Below, one piece after another: positions 30,508 to 39,392 of a stretch of DNA of 64,000 nt. The notes under the pieces were generated by a model. That model had not been told where the DNA came from, did not search any database, and was given only the letters and a program-made list of their open reading frames with translations. Each line of letters starts with the position of its first letter. Position 1 is the first letter of the stretch. Source of the stretch: Candidatus Omnitrophota bacterium (lineage in GTDB: Bacteria > Omnitrophota > Gorgyraeia > Zapsychrales > Zapsychraceae); assembly GCA_015233405.1 (NCBI GenBank), contig JADFXT010000001.1, forward strand, positions 233,386 to 297,385, read 5' to 3'. A program made the position numbers and the translations under genes.

Positions 30508-31812
30508 ATGACACAAAAAATCATGAAATTTTACGCAGATTTTCATATTCACTCGAGGTTTTCCCGTGCGACCAGTAAAAGTCTGTCCTTGGAAACGCTC
30601 GCGTTCTGGGCGAGGCTCAAAGGCCTTACGGTCGTCGCAACCGGCGATTGCATTCATCCCAAATGGCTTGAAGAGATCAAGAAAAAACTTGAACCCGCCG
30701 AAGAAGGATTATTTAAGCTAAAGAAAGAATATGACGCGGCAAGCCGCAAAGACCTTCCAGCTTCTTGCAATCAGGGAGAAGTCCGGTTTATCTTGACGTC
30801 GGAAATCTCTAATATTTACAAGAAGTCAGAGAAGGTCAGAAAAGTCCATAATCTTATTTTTCTGCCTGATTTTAAAGCCGCCGAGGACCTTCAACAAAAA
30901 CTTTCCGCTATTGGAAACATTGCCTCCGACGGTCGTCCGATCCTGGGGTTGGATTCCCGGGATCTGTTAGAGCTTGTCTTAGAAACGAATCATTTAAGTT
31001 TTCTTGTCCCCGCGCATATCTGGACGCCGTGGTTTTCTATTCTTGGGTCTAAAAGCGGGTTTGATTCCGTTGAGGAATGCTACGGTGACTTATCGAAACA
31101 CATTTTTGCTTTGGAGACGGGATTGTCATCAGATCCTTTGATGAACTGGCGCTTGAGCCGTTTAGACCCGTACGTTCTGATCTCCAATTCCGACGCGCAT
31201 TCCGCTGAGAAATTGGGAAGAGAATCGAATATTTTTGATACGGAATTATCCTACCCGGCCATCTATAAAGGTTTATCCGATTCAAAGAATAAAGGATTTT
31301 TGGGCACGGTGGAATTCTTCCCCGAGGAGGGGAAGTATCATTATGACGGACACAGGGATTGTAAGACGCGTTTGCATCCTAAGGAGACAAAGAAAAATAA
31401 AGGGCTGTGCCCGGTCTGCGGCAAGCCGGTTACCGTCGGGGTTATGGCGCGCGTGGAAGAATTGGCAGATTTCCCTGAGGGGCGTAAATCACCGCGATCT
31501 CGACCGTATCATAGCCTTGTGACTCTTCCGCAAATTATTGCCGATGCCAGAGGCGTTGGCGTGGCGAGTAAAGCGGTCGATGCTATTTATAAAGAAATGC
31601 TTTCTAAATTCGGTAATGAGATGTTTATCTTGTTGGATGCGCCTTTAAAAGATATCGAAAAAAAAGCAGGCACGCTGTTGGCCGACGGTATTGGCCGTGT
31701 CCGGGAAGGCAAGGTTCAAATTGCCGCCGGCTACGACGGAGAATACGGCCAAATCAATATCTTTTCCCCGCAAGAGCGGGAAACAAACAAAGAACAGTTA
31801 ACTCTTTTTTAG
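30508..31812 (+). CDS. PHP-domain endonuclease Q-like protein
   Basis: YADFHIHSRFSRATS PHP N-terminus, later NSDAHS, and zinc finger HYDGHRDC..CPVCGKPVTVGV; ATG 30523 is an alternative start. Confidence 0.65.
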   Translation: MTQKIMKFYADFHIHSRFSRATSKSLSLETLAFWARLKGLTVVATGDCIHPKWLEEIKKKLEPAEEGLFKLKKEYDAASRKDLPASCNQGEVRFILTSEISNIYKKSEKVRKVHNLIFLPDFKAAEDLQQKLSAIGNIASDGRPILGLDSRDLLELVLETNHLSFLVPAHIWTPWFSILGSKSGFDSVEECYGDLSKHIFALETGLSSDPLMNWRLSRLDPYVLISNSDAHSAEKLGRESNIFDTELSYPAIYKGLSDSKNKGFLGTVEFFPEEGKYHYDGHRDCKTRLHPKETKKNKGLCPVCGKPVTVGVMARVEELADFPEGRKSPRSRPYHSLVTLPQIIADARGVGVASKAVDAIYKEMLSKFGNEMFILLDAPLKDIEKKAGTLLADGIGRVREGKVQIAAGYDGEYGQINIFSPQERETNKEQLTLF

Positions 31813-31822
31813 AATCCTTTCT

Positions 31823-31944
31823 GTCATCCCAGCCCTGTCTTTGTCATTCCCGCGAAAGCGGGAATCTAGGATATGAGGTTGATTTTAGTGGGAATTCAGA
31901 ATTATAAAAACATTTACTGGATTCCCGCTTTCGCGGGAATGACA
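31823..31944. repeat. MITE/REP-like palindromic element, copy 4
   Basis: GTCATTCCCGCGAAAGCGGGAATCTAG 31843-31869 with partial arm 20 nt upstream; CTGGATTCCCGCTTTCGCGGGAATGACA 31917-31944. Confidence 0.85.
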
Positions 31945-31981
31945 TCCATCATTAGGGAATGGTGGGTTATAGCTTCTCATT

Positions 31982-33499
31982 ATGAATTCCATCCTCAATT
32001 CTTCCCAACTTAAAGCTGTCGAATATCAAGGTGGGCATTTGCTTATTGTCGCTGGGCCGGGGACCGGGAAAACACATACGCTGACCTATCGAATAGCGCA
32101 AACGGCCAAAGGCCTTCAGGCATCTGAAAAGATATTGGCGATCACATTTACGAATAAAGCGGCAGAGGAAATGCGCAGCCGGCTCCTTAATATCGTCGAG
32201 AATATTGATCAGGTTTTGATGGTCGGAACGTTTCACCAATTTTGTTTGTATTTGTTAAAAGGAAATATTTCTCAGACGACGTTATCGCCGCAATTTCAGA
32301 TCGCGACGGAGGAGGATATTAAGGCGCTTAGTAAGGATATTTGGCCTGAGTTAAAGTCTAGAGAAATTAAAAATAAGCTTGAGGCGATATCCCGACGGAA
32401 AGCGCAAGGGCCGTCGGTAGAAGAAGGCAAAGACACGATTCTTTATAATAATTGTCTTCGGAAAAAAGGATTTTTGGATTTTGACGATCTTCTGTGCGAA
32501 ACGGTAAAATTGCTTCAAGAAAAACTGGCTATTTTAACGCAGATCCAAAAGTTTTTTCCGTATATCTTCGTCGATGAATATCAGGACATCAATCCCTGCC
32601 AGCATGAACTTTTAAAGCTTTTGGTTGGCGAAGGAGTTTCTATCACGGCCATCGGTGACCCGAACCAGGCGATCTATGGCTTTCGCGGCGCGGATGTTAG
32701 ATTTTTTCAAAGTTTCGCTGATGATTTTCAAGGGGCGACCACAATATATTTGTCTGAGAATTACCGCTCGGCCCAAAATTTGCTTTCAGCGTCGGGTCAA
32801 GTGATGGCGCAGCTTAAAGATTTTCCGGTCCCGGAATTAACCACACGAATATATTCCGAAGGCCAGTTGATCATTCATGAAAGCCCGACGGAAAAAGCGG
32901 AAAGTGAGTTTGTCGTTCATCAAATCGAGAAAATGGTCGGCGGGACGAGCATGTTTTCCAAAGATTCAGGCCGGGTGGAGACTCATGAAGCGGAGAATAG
33001 AAGTTTTGGCGATATTGCGGTCTTGTGCCGGCTAAAAGTCCAATTAAACGCTCTAAAAGAAGCGTTCGAGCGAAGCGGCATTCCTTATGAAATGCCGAAA
33101 AGTCGGGAGGAAGAATTTATCGACCATCCTGACATGGCGCGTGTGCGAGAGTTGTATGAAAAAAGCGAACGGGTGCAATTGATGACGCTTCACGCGGCCA
33201 AGGGGCTGGAGTTCCCGGTTGTCTTTATCGTCGGATGTGAGGAAAACCTCTTGCCGCTTCATCTCGATGGATTAGATTGCGACGATAACGAAGAGCGCCG
33301 GCTTTCTTATGTCGGGATGACGCGGGCTAAAGAAAAACTTTATTGTATATATGCAAAACAACGGTTTCTGTTCGGAAAAAGTATGCGTAATGCCATTTCA
33401 CCATTCGTTTTGGATATCGAAGAAAAGCTAAAACAGTACGAAAAAACAGAATTTAAATTTAAGAAAGAGAAGGAAGAGAAACAATTGGATTTGTTTTAA
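31982..33499 (+). CDS. UvrD/PcrA-family SF1 DNA helicase (short form)
   Basis: AGPGTGKT, TFTNKAAEEM, VDEYQD, GDPNQAIYGFRGA, LHAAKGLEFPVVF, VGMTRAK. Confidence 0.85.
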   Translation: MNSILNSSQLKAVEYQGGHLLIVAGPGTGKTHTLTYRIAQTAKGLQASEKILAITFTNKAAEEMRSRLLNIVENIDQVLMVGTFHQFCLYLLKGNISQTTLSPQFQIATEEDIKALSKDIWPELKSREIKNKLEAISRRKAQGPSVEEGKDTILYNNCLRKKGFLDFDDLLCETVKLLQEKLAILTQIQKFFPYIFVDEYQDINPCQHELLKLLVGEGVSITAIGDPNQAIYGFRGADVRFFQSFADDFQGATTIYLSENYRSAQNLLSASGQVMAQLKDFPVPELTTRIYSEGQLIIHESPTEKAESEFVVHQIEKMVGGTSMFSKDSGRVETHEAENRSFGDIAVLCRLKVQLNALKEAFERSGIPYEMPKSREEEFIDHPDMARVRELYEKSERVQLMTLHAAKGLEFPVVFIVGCEENLLPLHLDGLDCDDNEERRLSYVGMTRAKEKLYCIYAKQRFLFGKSMRNAISPFVLDIEEKLKQYEKTEFKFKKEKEEKQLDLF

Positions 33500-33523
33500 A
33501 AGTGTCGTCTTGTTTCCATTTTT

Positions 33524-33657
33524 GTCATTCCCGCGCAGGCGGGAATCCAGGGTAGAAGTCGCTTGAGCAAGCGGTCAAAAATTTGAAAAGCATTTACTGG
33601 ATTCCCAATCATTTCTAGATAAAAAATCGAGGTAATTGGGAATGACAGTAAAAAACT
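33524..33657. repeat. MITE/REP-like palindromic element, copy 5
   Basis: GTCATTCCCGCGCAGGCGGGAATCCAG 33524-33550; long-loop arm CTGGATTCCCAA..TTGGGAATGACA 33597-33657. Confidence 0.85.
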
Positions 33658-33664
33658 AAGGATT

Positions 33665-33746
33665 GTCATTCCCGCGTAGGCGGGAATCCAGGTAATAGTT
33701 TTATCGTTAAACCATGGATCCCCGCTAAAGGATTGCGGGGATGACA
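33665..33746. repeat. MITE/REP-like palindromic element, copy 6 (tandem to copy 5)
   Basis: GTCATTCCCGCGTAGGCGGGAATCCAG 33665-33691; ATGGATCCCCGCTAAAGGATTGCGGGGATGACA 33714-33746. Confidence 0.85.
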
Positions 33747-33813
33747 ATGTGTGGTTGGTGCGCGGATGATAATGTAAGGTTAGCACAGGAGACGGAAGGG
33801 GAAGGAAACGTTT

Positions 33814-35145
33814 ATGCAAATGCCCGACGAAGTCAAAAGCCAATACGATATTGATTTTAATCAAAAGTTTACGCAGGCCTATGACCTATTGGAAAACACG
33901 AACAAGAATGTTTTCATTACGGGTAAGGCCGGCACGGGCAAATCGACTCTTTTGAAATATTTTCGCGATCATACGCTGAAAAATGTCGTGGTCCTTGCTC
34001 CGACGGGAGTTGCGGCCGTCAATGTCCAGGGCCAAACCATTCATTCGTTCTTCCGTTTTAAGCCGGACATCACTCCCAAGACCGTCGATACGATCAAGAT
34101 GCGCCGAAACCAGAAAGTGTTGTATGAGAAAATAAATACCCTTATTATCGACGAGATTTCTATGGTCCGTGCGGACCTTTTAGATTGCGTGGATGCCTTC
34201 TTAAGGCTTCACGGGCCTTATCCCGAGGAGCCGTTTGGCGGCGTCCAGATGGTCTTCTTCGGCGATTTGTACCAATTGCCGCCGGTCGTCACCATGGAAG
34301 ATAAAAAGATTTTTGAAGGCCTTTATGCAAGCCCGTATTTTTTTGACGCCAAGGCTTATCAGGGTTTGAACCTTGAATTTATCGAGTTCGACAAGATCTA
34401 CCGTCAGAAAGAAGAGGATTTTATTAGGCTGTTGGGTGCAATTCGTAACCGTCATGCGACCGAAGCCCATTTAAAAGAGCTCAATAGCCGGGTCAATCCG
34501 TCGTTTCAGCCCAATGAGAATGAGTTCTATATTTATCTGACGACGACGAATGCCATTGCCGAGCGTATTAATCAGCAGCACCTGTTACAGTTAAAGACGC
34601 GAAGCTATCATTATGATGGTGAAGTAATGGGCAAGTTTGATGAGAAAAGTTTGCCGACGTATTCCTCTCTGGATTTAAAGTGGGGGGCGCAGGTCATGCT
34701 TTTAAATAATGACCCTCAAGGGCGATGGGTCAATGGCAGCATCGGGAAGGTCATTTCTGCGGATGAAAGTTCCTCCATGATCCAAGTCCAGCTTTCCGGC
34801 GGAAAGGTCGTGGATGTGGAGCCTTTTACGTGGGAGATGTTCCGTTTCTTTTACGATGAGGAAACGGAGCGGGTCGAATCAGAATCCGTCGGATCATTCC
34901 GGCAGTATCCGCTTAAACTGGCATGGGCGGTGACGATCCATAAAAGTCAGGGGCAGTCATTCTCGAAAGTGGTCGTCGATATCGGATACGGCACGTTCGC
35001 CCACGGTCAGGCGTATGTGGCATTAAGCCGCTGTACGAGTTTCGACGGGTTGGTGCTTCTTCGGCCTATCCGCAAAGAGCATATACTTTTAGATAATCGT
35101 GTGGTAGAATTCATGGAAAAAATTAATCAAAATCCTATCCGGTAG
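33814..35145 (+). CDS. Pif1/RecD-like SF1B helicase (AAA_30-type)
   Basis: GKAGTGKST, IIDEISMV, GDLYQLPPV, WAVTIHKSQG, ALSRCTS. Confidence 0.8.
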   Translation: MQMPDEVKSQYDIDFNQKFTQAYDLLENTNKNVFITGKAGTGKSTLLKYFRDHTLKNVVVLAPTGVAAVNVQGQTIHSFFRFKPDITPKTVDTIKMRRNQKVLYEKINTLIIDEISMVRADLLDCVDAFLRLHGPYPEEPFGGVQMVFFGDLYQLPPVVTMEDKKIFEGLYASPYFFDAKAYQGLNLEFIEFDKIYRQKEEDFIRLLGAIRNRHATEAHLKELNSRVNPSFQPNENEFYIYLTTTNAIAERINQQHLLQLKTRSYHYDGEVMGKFDEKSLPTYSSLDLKWGAQVMLLNNDPQGRWVNGSIGKVISADESSSMIQVQLSGGKVVDVEPFTWEMFRFFYDEETERVESESVGSFRQYPLKLAWAVTIHKSQGQSFSKVVVDIGYGTFAHGQAYVALSRCTSFDGLVLLRPIRKEHILLDNRVVEFMEKINQNPIR

Positions 35146-35153
35146 ATATCATC

Positions 35154-37475
35154 ATGCGCCGTTTTTCCCAAATAATCTTTATTTTGATTTTAATCCTCGT
35201 CGGAATTCTGATCTATTCCAACAGCCTTAAATCCGAATTTCAGTTTGACGACCACGGGTACATTGTCCATAACCCCAGCATCCGGCATTTTTCAACGGTT
35301 TGGGGCAAGGACAATACGTTCAATGTCCGGTTCGTCGGATTGTTGTCCTTTGCCCTTAATTATCATTTCAATCAGCTGGATGTTTTTGGCTATCACGTCG
35401 TTAATTTATTGATCCATCTATTGACCGGCTTATTGGTATTTCAATTCATCCGGCTTTTATTATCCGCACCAAAACTTCAAGATCATCCTGCTGTTTCTTC
35501 AAAAGACGGGCTGGCGTTTCTGGTTGCGCTTGTATTTATTGCCCATCCGATTCAGACACAGGCTGTCACGTATATCACGCAGCGGTTTGCATCTCTAGCG
35601 ACGATGTTCTATATGGCGACGTTATGTTGTTATTTGAAAGGCCGGTTTGCGGATTCCAAAACCCAACGGAGTATTTTTTATTATCTCTTGGCGATGGCCA
35701 CGGCATTATTGGCGCTTTTTACAAAACAGATCGCATTTACACTTCCTTTTACGATTTTTCTGTTGGAAATACTTTTCTTTGAAAATCATTTCAAAGTTTT
35801 TAAGAAATCCGTCATGGTTTATCTTGCGGGCGTCGCGGGGTTTTTGCTCATTGTCCCTTTGATGTACAAGCTGAACAAGGCTGCGCTTATTTTTCCCTCA
35901 AACCCTTCGGAATCGCATGTGGGGGACATCATCACGCCGGGGAATTATTTTTTAACACAATTTAAGGTCATTGCCACCTATATCAGGCTCTTGGTCGTTC
36001 CGGTTGGCCTTAATCTCGACTATGATTTTCCGCTGTCGCATCATTTTTTTGACTCCGCGACGTTGGGGTGCTTTTTGTTTCTTTTGGCGATCTTTTTCGT
36101 CGGGATAAAATGTTTAAAGCGTCATCGCCTGCTAGCATTCGGGATTTTCTGGTTTTTCCTAACGTTGTCCGTGGAATCGAGTTTTATTCCCATCCAGCAT
36201 GTGATTTTTGAACACAGGGTTTATCTGCCGTCGGTAGGATTTTGTATGGTCTTGTGTTTTAGCTTATTTGCTTTCTTTAAAGATTTTAAACGCACCGCTA
36301 TTGTGGTTATTATCATTTCTGCTATTTTCTCGTTTCTGACCTATCAGCGAAACAAGGACTGGCAGACCCAGCTAACGTTGTGGGAAGATATCGTCAAGAA
36401 GTCCCCAGCCAAGCCCCGCGTTTATGTGAATCTGTGCAGCGCTTATTATCGACGAGGTGAGGATGAAAAAGCCCTTCGCTATTGCCATAAAGCGCTTGAA
36501 CTGAACCCATATTCTTTTCAAGGGTATAATAATTTAGGCCTTATTTATTCCGTCGAAAAGAAATATGACCTGGCCCTGGAGAGTTTTAATAAATCTTTGA
36601 CGTTTGATAAGAAGGCTGAAGAGGTTTATAACAATCGGGGCAATGTTTACGCCAAACTTGGGCGTTATGACCTCGCCGTCGAGGATTTCACAAAAGCGGT
36701 TAAGCTTAATCCTTTATTGGATACGGGATTTAATAATCGGGGATTCACGTATCTCTTGATGAATAAGCTTGATCTGGCGCTTAAGGATATCACTCACACG
36801 ATAGAACTTAATCCTGCGATCCCGGAAGCATTCTATAATCGAGCGCTTATTTATGTGAGGGAAAAATCTTATGATTCGGCGCTGAAGGACCTTGATCAAG
36901 CTCTAAAATTAAGGCCCCAATATGCTGACGTTTTGTATCTGCGAGGAGATATTTACAATACTTTAAAGCAGGACGACCTGGCGCTGGAAGCTTTTAGCCA
37001 AACGCTCAAGGCCGATCCGCAATATGCTAAAGCCTATATCAATCGAGGGAATTTGTATTTTGCCGACAGGCAATATCAGCTTGCCCTCGATGATTTTGAT
37101 AAGGCTGTTATGCTTATGCCCGACGAGGCGGATATTTATTATAACCGGGCGAACGTGTATTCCGCGTTAGGAAATCCGGACAAGGCCTTGGAAAATTATT
37201 CGGAGGCTATCCTAAAAAATCCGGGGCATTTTCAAGCGCTGAATAACCGGGGCAATCTTTACCGCGAGAGAAAGGATTATGATTTGGCCGTTGCTGACTT
37301 TACGCAGGCGTTAAAGGCCAATAATCGATTTGGCGTTATTTATTACAATCGCGCCATGGCGTTCGGAGCTAAGAAAGCCTATAACGAAGCTTATCAGGAT
37401 CTGCAGAAGGCCAGGGCTTTAGGATACCCCGTGACCGATAAGATGATGGAGGATGTTAAGACGCATGTTCCGTAA
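35154..37475 (+). CDS. TMTC/PMT-like GT-C membrane glycosyltransferase with C-terminal TPR array (paralog 1)
   Basis: N-terminal polytopic domain with first-loop YSNSLKSEFQFDD motif; C-terminal half is tandem 34-aa TPRs (YNNRG..Y....A..D..KA..L.P). Confidence 0.7.
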   Translation: MRRFSQIIFILILILVGILIYSNSLKSEFQFDDHGYIVHNPSIRHFSTVWGKDNTFNVRFVGLLSFALNYHFNQLDVFGYHVVNLLIHLLTGLLVFQFIRLLLSAPKLQDHPAVSSKDGLAFLVALVFIAHPIQTQAVTYITQRFASLATMFYMATLCCYLKGRFADSKTQRSIFYYLLAMATALLALFTKQIAFTLPFTIFLLEILFFENHFKVFKKSVMVYLAGVAGFLLIVPLMYKLNKAALIFPSNPSESHVGDIITPGNYFLTQFKVIATYIRLLVVPVGLNLDYDFPLSHHFFDSATLGCFLFLLAIFFVGIKCLKRHRLLAFGIFWFFLTLSVESSFIPIQHVIFEHRVYLPSVGFCMVLCFSLFAFFKDFKRTAIVVIIISAIFSFLTYQRNKDWQTQLTLWEDIVKKSPAKPRVYVNLCSAYYRRGEDEKALRYCHKALELNPYSFQGYNNLGLIYSVEKKYDLALESFNKSLTFDKKAEEVYNNRGNVYAKLGRYDLAVEDFTKAVKLNPLLDTGFNNRGFTYLLMNKLDLALKDITHTIELNPAIPEAFYNRALIYVREKSYDSALKDLDQALKLRPQYADVLYLRGDIYNTLKQDDLALEAFSQTLKADPQYAKAYINRGNLYFADRQYQLALDDFDKAVMLMPDEADIYYNRANVYSALGNPDKALENYSEAILKNPGHFQALNNRGNLYRERKDYDLAVADFTQALKANNRFGVIYYNRAMAFGAKKAYNEAYQDLQKARALGYPVTDKMMEDVKTHVP

Positions 37476-39273
37476 GAAAATGTTCACCTTTAGTTCATGG
37501 GTGATGCCGTTTTCCCTTTTATTATTGCTCGGCGTGGCCTGTTATAGTAATGCGCTTCATAACGGCTTTATGATGGATGATTATAATTATTTTTTCGATC
37601 ATCCGACGGTGTCCGATGTTTCCTTTAAAGAAATTTTTGCCCAAGGATTTAAACATTTTTATCGTCCTTTGGCCGTTGTTCTTTCCAAAGCAGAGTGGGC
37701 GCTGTTTGGTGCGAGCCCTGCCGGGTATCATATTTTTAACCTTTCCATTTTAGTTCTGATTTCTTTCTTTTTCTTTATCTTGTTTCGGCGGTTATTACAG
37801 AAGCCGCTGCTTGCTTTCTTAGCCGCATGCCTTTATCTGGCGCATCCGATCAATAATTTTCTGGTTAATTATAAAACAGCCTGTCACTTGGGCGTGTCCA
37901 CCTTGATGCTACAGATCAGCATGCTTTTGTTCCTGGAATACTTAGACTTCCGTCGGGTGAGGGATTATATTCTAAGTTTGCTTTTGTTTTCTTGCGCGTT
38001 GTTCTTTCATGAGATCAACTTTTTTCTTCCGGTCTATCTTTTTTTGGTCCTGTATTTCTTAAAAGACTATTCGCCCAAGAAAGCCTTTGGCTTATGCTGG
38101 CCGTATGGCGTGCCGTTTGTTATTTATAGCTTACTTCGTCTTAATATCCAAGAGGCCGTCGAGATCCACAATGTTTTTCAGATCGGGATCCCAGTTTATA
38201 AATATTTTTTTACTTTGATTTATCTGACGAAGTGGTATTTGTCCAGGCTTGTAATACCGGTCGATATTCTTTTTCTGTGGAGCGAGACCATAAAGGATTA
38301 CCTAACCCCGATGGTCTGGGTTGGTTTTATCGGGGCTGTTTTAGTGGTCGTTATGCTTTTTCTTCGCTGGAAGAAAGACAAGAAGTCTTTTTTTCTTGTC
38401 ACATTTCTCGTCGGATTTCTTCCGACCTATCTTGCCAGCTTCACCTATACCGCGGCTAGCCGCACAAGTATTATTGAGCCGCATTGGTTTTTATTTTCAT
38501 CCATAGGATTTTTTCTGCTGGTCGCCAGCGGGCTTGCGGTTTTAAAAGAACGAGTTTCTAAGACTATTTGGTTTGTCTTTGTGATCTTTCTCGTCGTAAC
38601 GCTTGGGTTTTTGACCCGACAGACCAATCGGGCTTGGAAAAATCAGATAACATATTCGGATTATTGGATACATCTTAATCCCATTAATGAAACACCATGG
38701 GATGAATTAGCCCGAGTCACTTTTGATGCTCAGAAAGCAGGAAAGCCGGTTTTTATCCTTCAGAAATTCGATGGCTTTCTTAAAGAGCAGAATAGTTATC
38801 TGGCTTATGCGAAACGCGCTCGAGGGTATTTTATCAGCAACCAATATGATTTGGCATTGGCGGATTATAGCAATTCGTTGGCGCTTAATCCCGATTACGA
38901 TATCGCTTATAATAATCGGGGCATGATCTATAAGGCGCAGGGCAAGCTGGACTTGGCCCTAAAGGATTTTGATGCCGTTTTAAAAATCAATCCTTTGGCG
39001 GCAAAGGTTTATAATAACCGGGGGATGATTTACTATCAGCAAGGTAAAATGGATCTGGCCTTGGCGGATTATTCTCACGCTATTAAGCTTAAGAAAGATT
39101 TAGGTCCGGCGTATCAAAACCGGGCGATCCTCTTTGCGCTTATGAAAGATTTTCGTCGGGCATTACAAGATGCCTTGGACGCGAAAAAGCATGGGGTGCA
39201 AGGAAATGAAAAATTTATTCAGAATTTAAAACAGTCTATGAGTATTACAGCCATGCCAGAGTCGGTAAGATGA
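37453..39273 (+). CDS. TMTC/PMT-like GT-C membrane protein with TPR array (paralog 2)
   Basis: YSNALHNGFMMDD first-loop motif, polytopic domain, C-terminal TPRs; start may be 37465 or 37480. Confidence 0.7.
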   Translation: MLRRMFRKKMFTFSSWVMPFSLLLLLGVACYSNALHNGFMMDDYNYFFDHPTVSDVSFKEIFAQGFKHFYRPLAVVLSKAEWALFGASPAGYHIFNLSILVLISFFFFILFRRLLQKPLLAFLAACLYLAHPINNFLVNYKTACHLGVSTLMLQISMLLFLEYLDFRRVRDYILSLLLFSCALFFHEINFFLPVYLFLVLYFLKDYSPKKAFGLCWPYGVPFVIYSLLRLNIQEAVEIHNVFQIGIPVYKYFFTLIYLTKWYLSRLVIPVDILFLWSETIKDYLTPMVWVGFIGAVLVVVMLFLRWKKDKKSFFLVTFLVGFLPTYLASFTYTAASRTSIIEPHWFLFSSIGFFLLVASGLAVLKERVSKTIWFVFVIFLVVTLGFLTRQTNRAWKNQITYSDYWIHLNPINETPWDELARVTFDAQKAGKPVFILQKFDGFLKEQNSYLAYAKRARGYFISNQYDLALADYSNSLALNPDYDIAYNNRGMIYKAQGKLDLALKDFDAVLKINPLAAKVYNNRGMIYYQQGKMDLALADYSHAIKLKKDLGPAYQNRAILFALMKDFRRALQDALDAKKHGVQGNEKFIQNLKQSMSITAMPESVR

Positions 39274-39290
39274 GTTGGATATTTTTTAAT

Positions 39291-39359
39291 GTGGATTCCC
39301 GCCTGCGCGGGAATGATAGAAAGGGGTGTCATCCCCGCAATCTTTAAGCGGGGATCCAG
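39291..39359. repeat. MITE/REP-like palindromic element, copy 7 (arms in swapped order)
   Basis: GTGGATTCCCGCCTGCGCGGGAATGATA 39291-39318; GTCATCCCCGCAATCTTTAAGCGGGGATCCAG 39328-39359. Confidence 0.85.
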
Positions 39360-39392
39360 TATTTTGTCTGGATCGTAGATGACAAGGTTTGT

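Noticed and set aside
30470-30515. Possible degenerate solo arm of the palindromic repeat (GATTGCCACGTCGCTTCGCTCCTCGCAATGACA)
   Set aside because: Only the ends resemble the family and the internal stem is not self-complementary. It is too weak to call as a copy.
33496-33864. 122-aa minus-strand ORF. Similar small ORFs: 2311-2646, 2555-2782, 9068-9259, 16341-16526, 50192-50389, 52700-53176
   Set aside because: These read straight through the palindromic repeat copies, giving recurring peptides such as IPAxAGMT and LIFYLEMIGNP. They are a by-product of the repeats, not genes.
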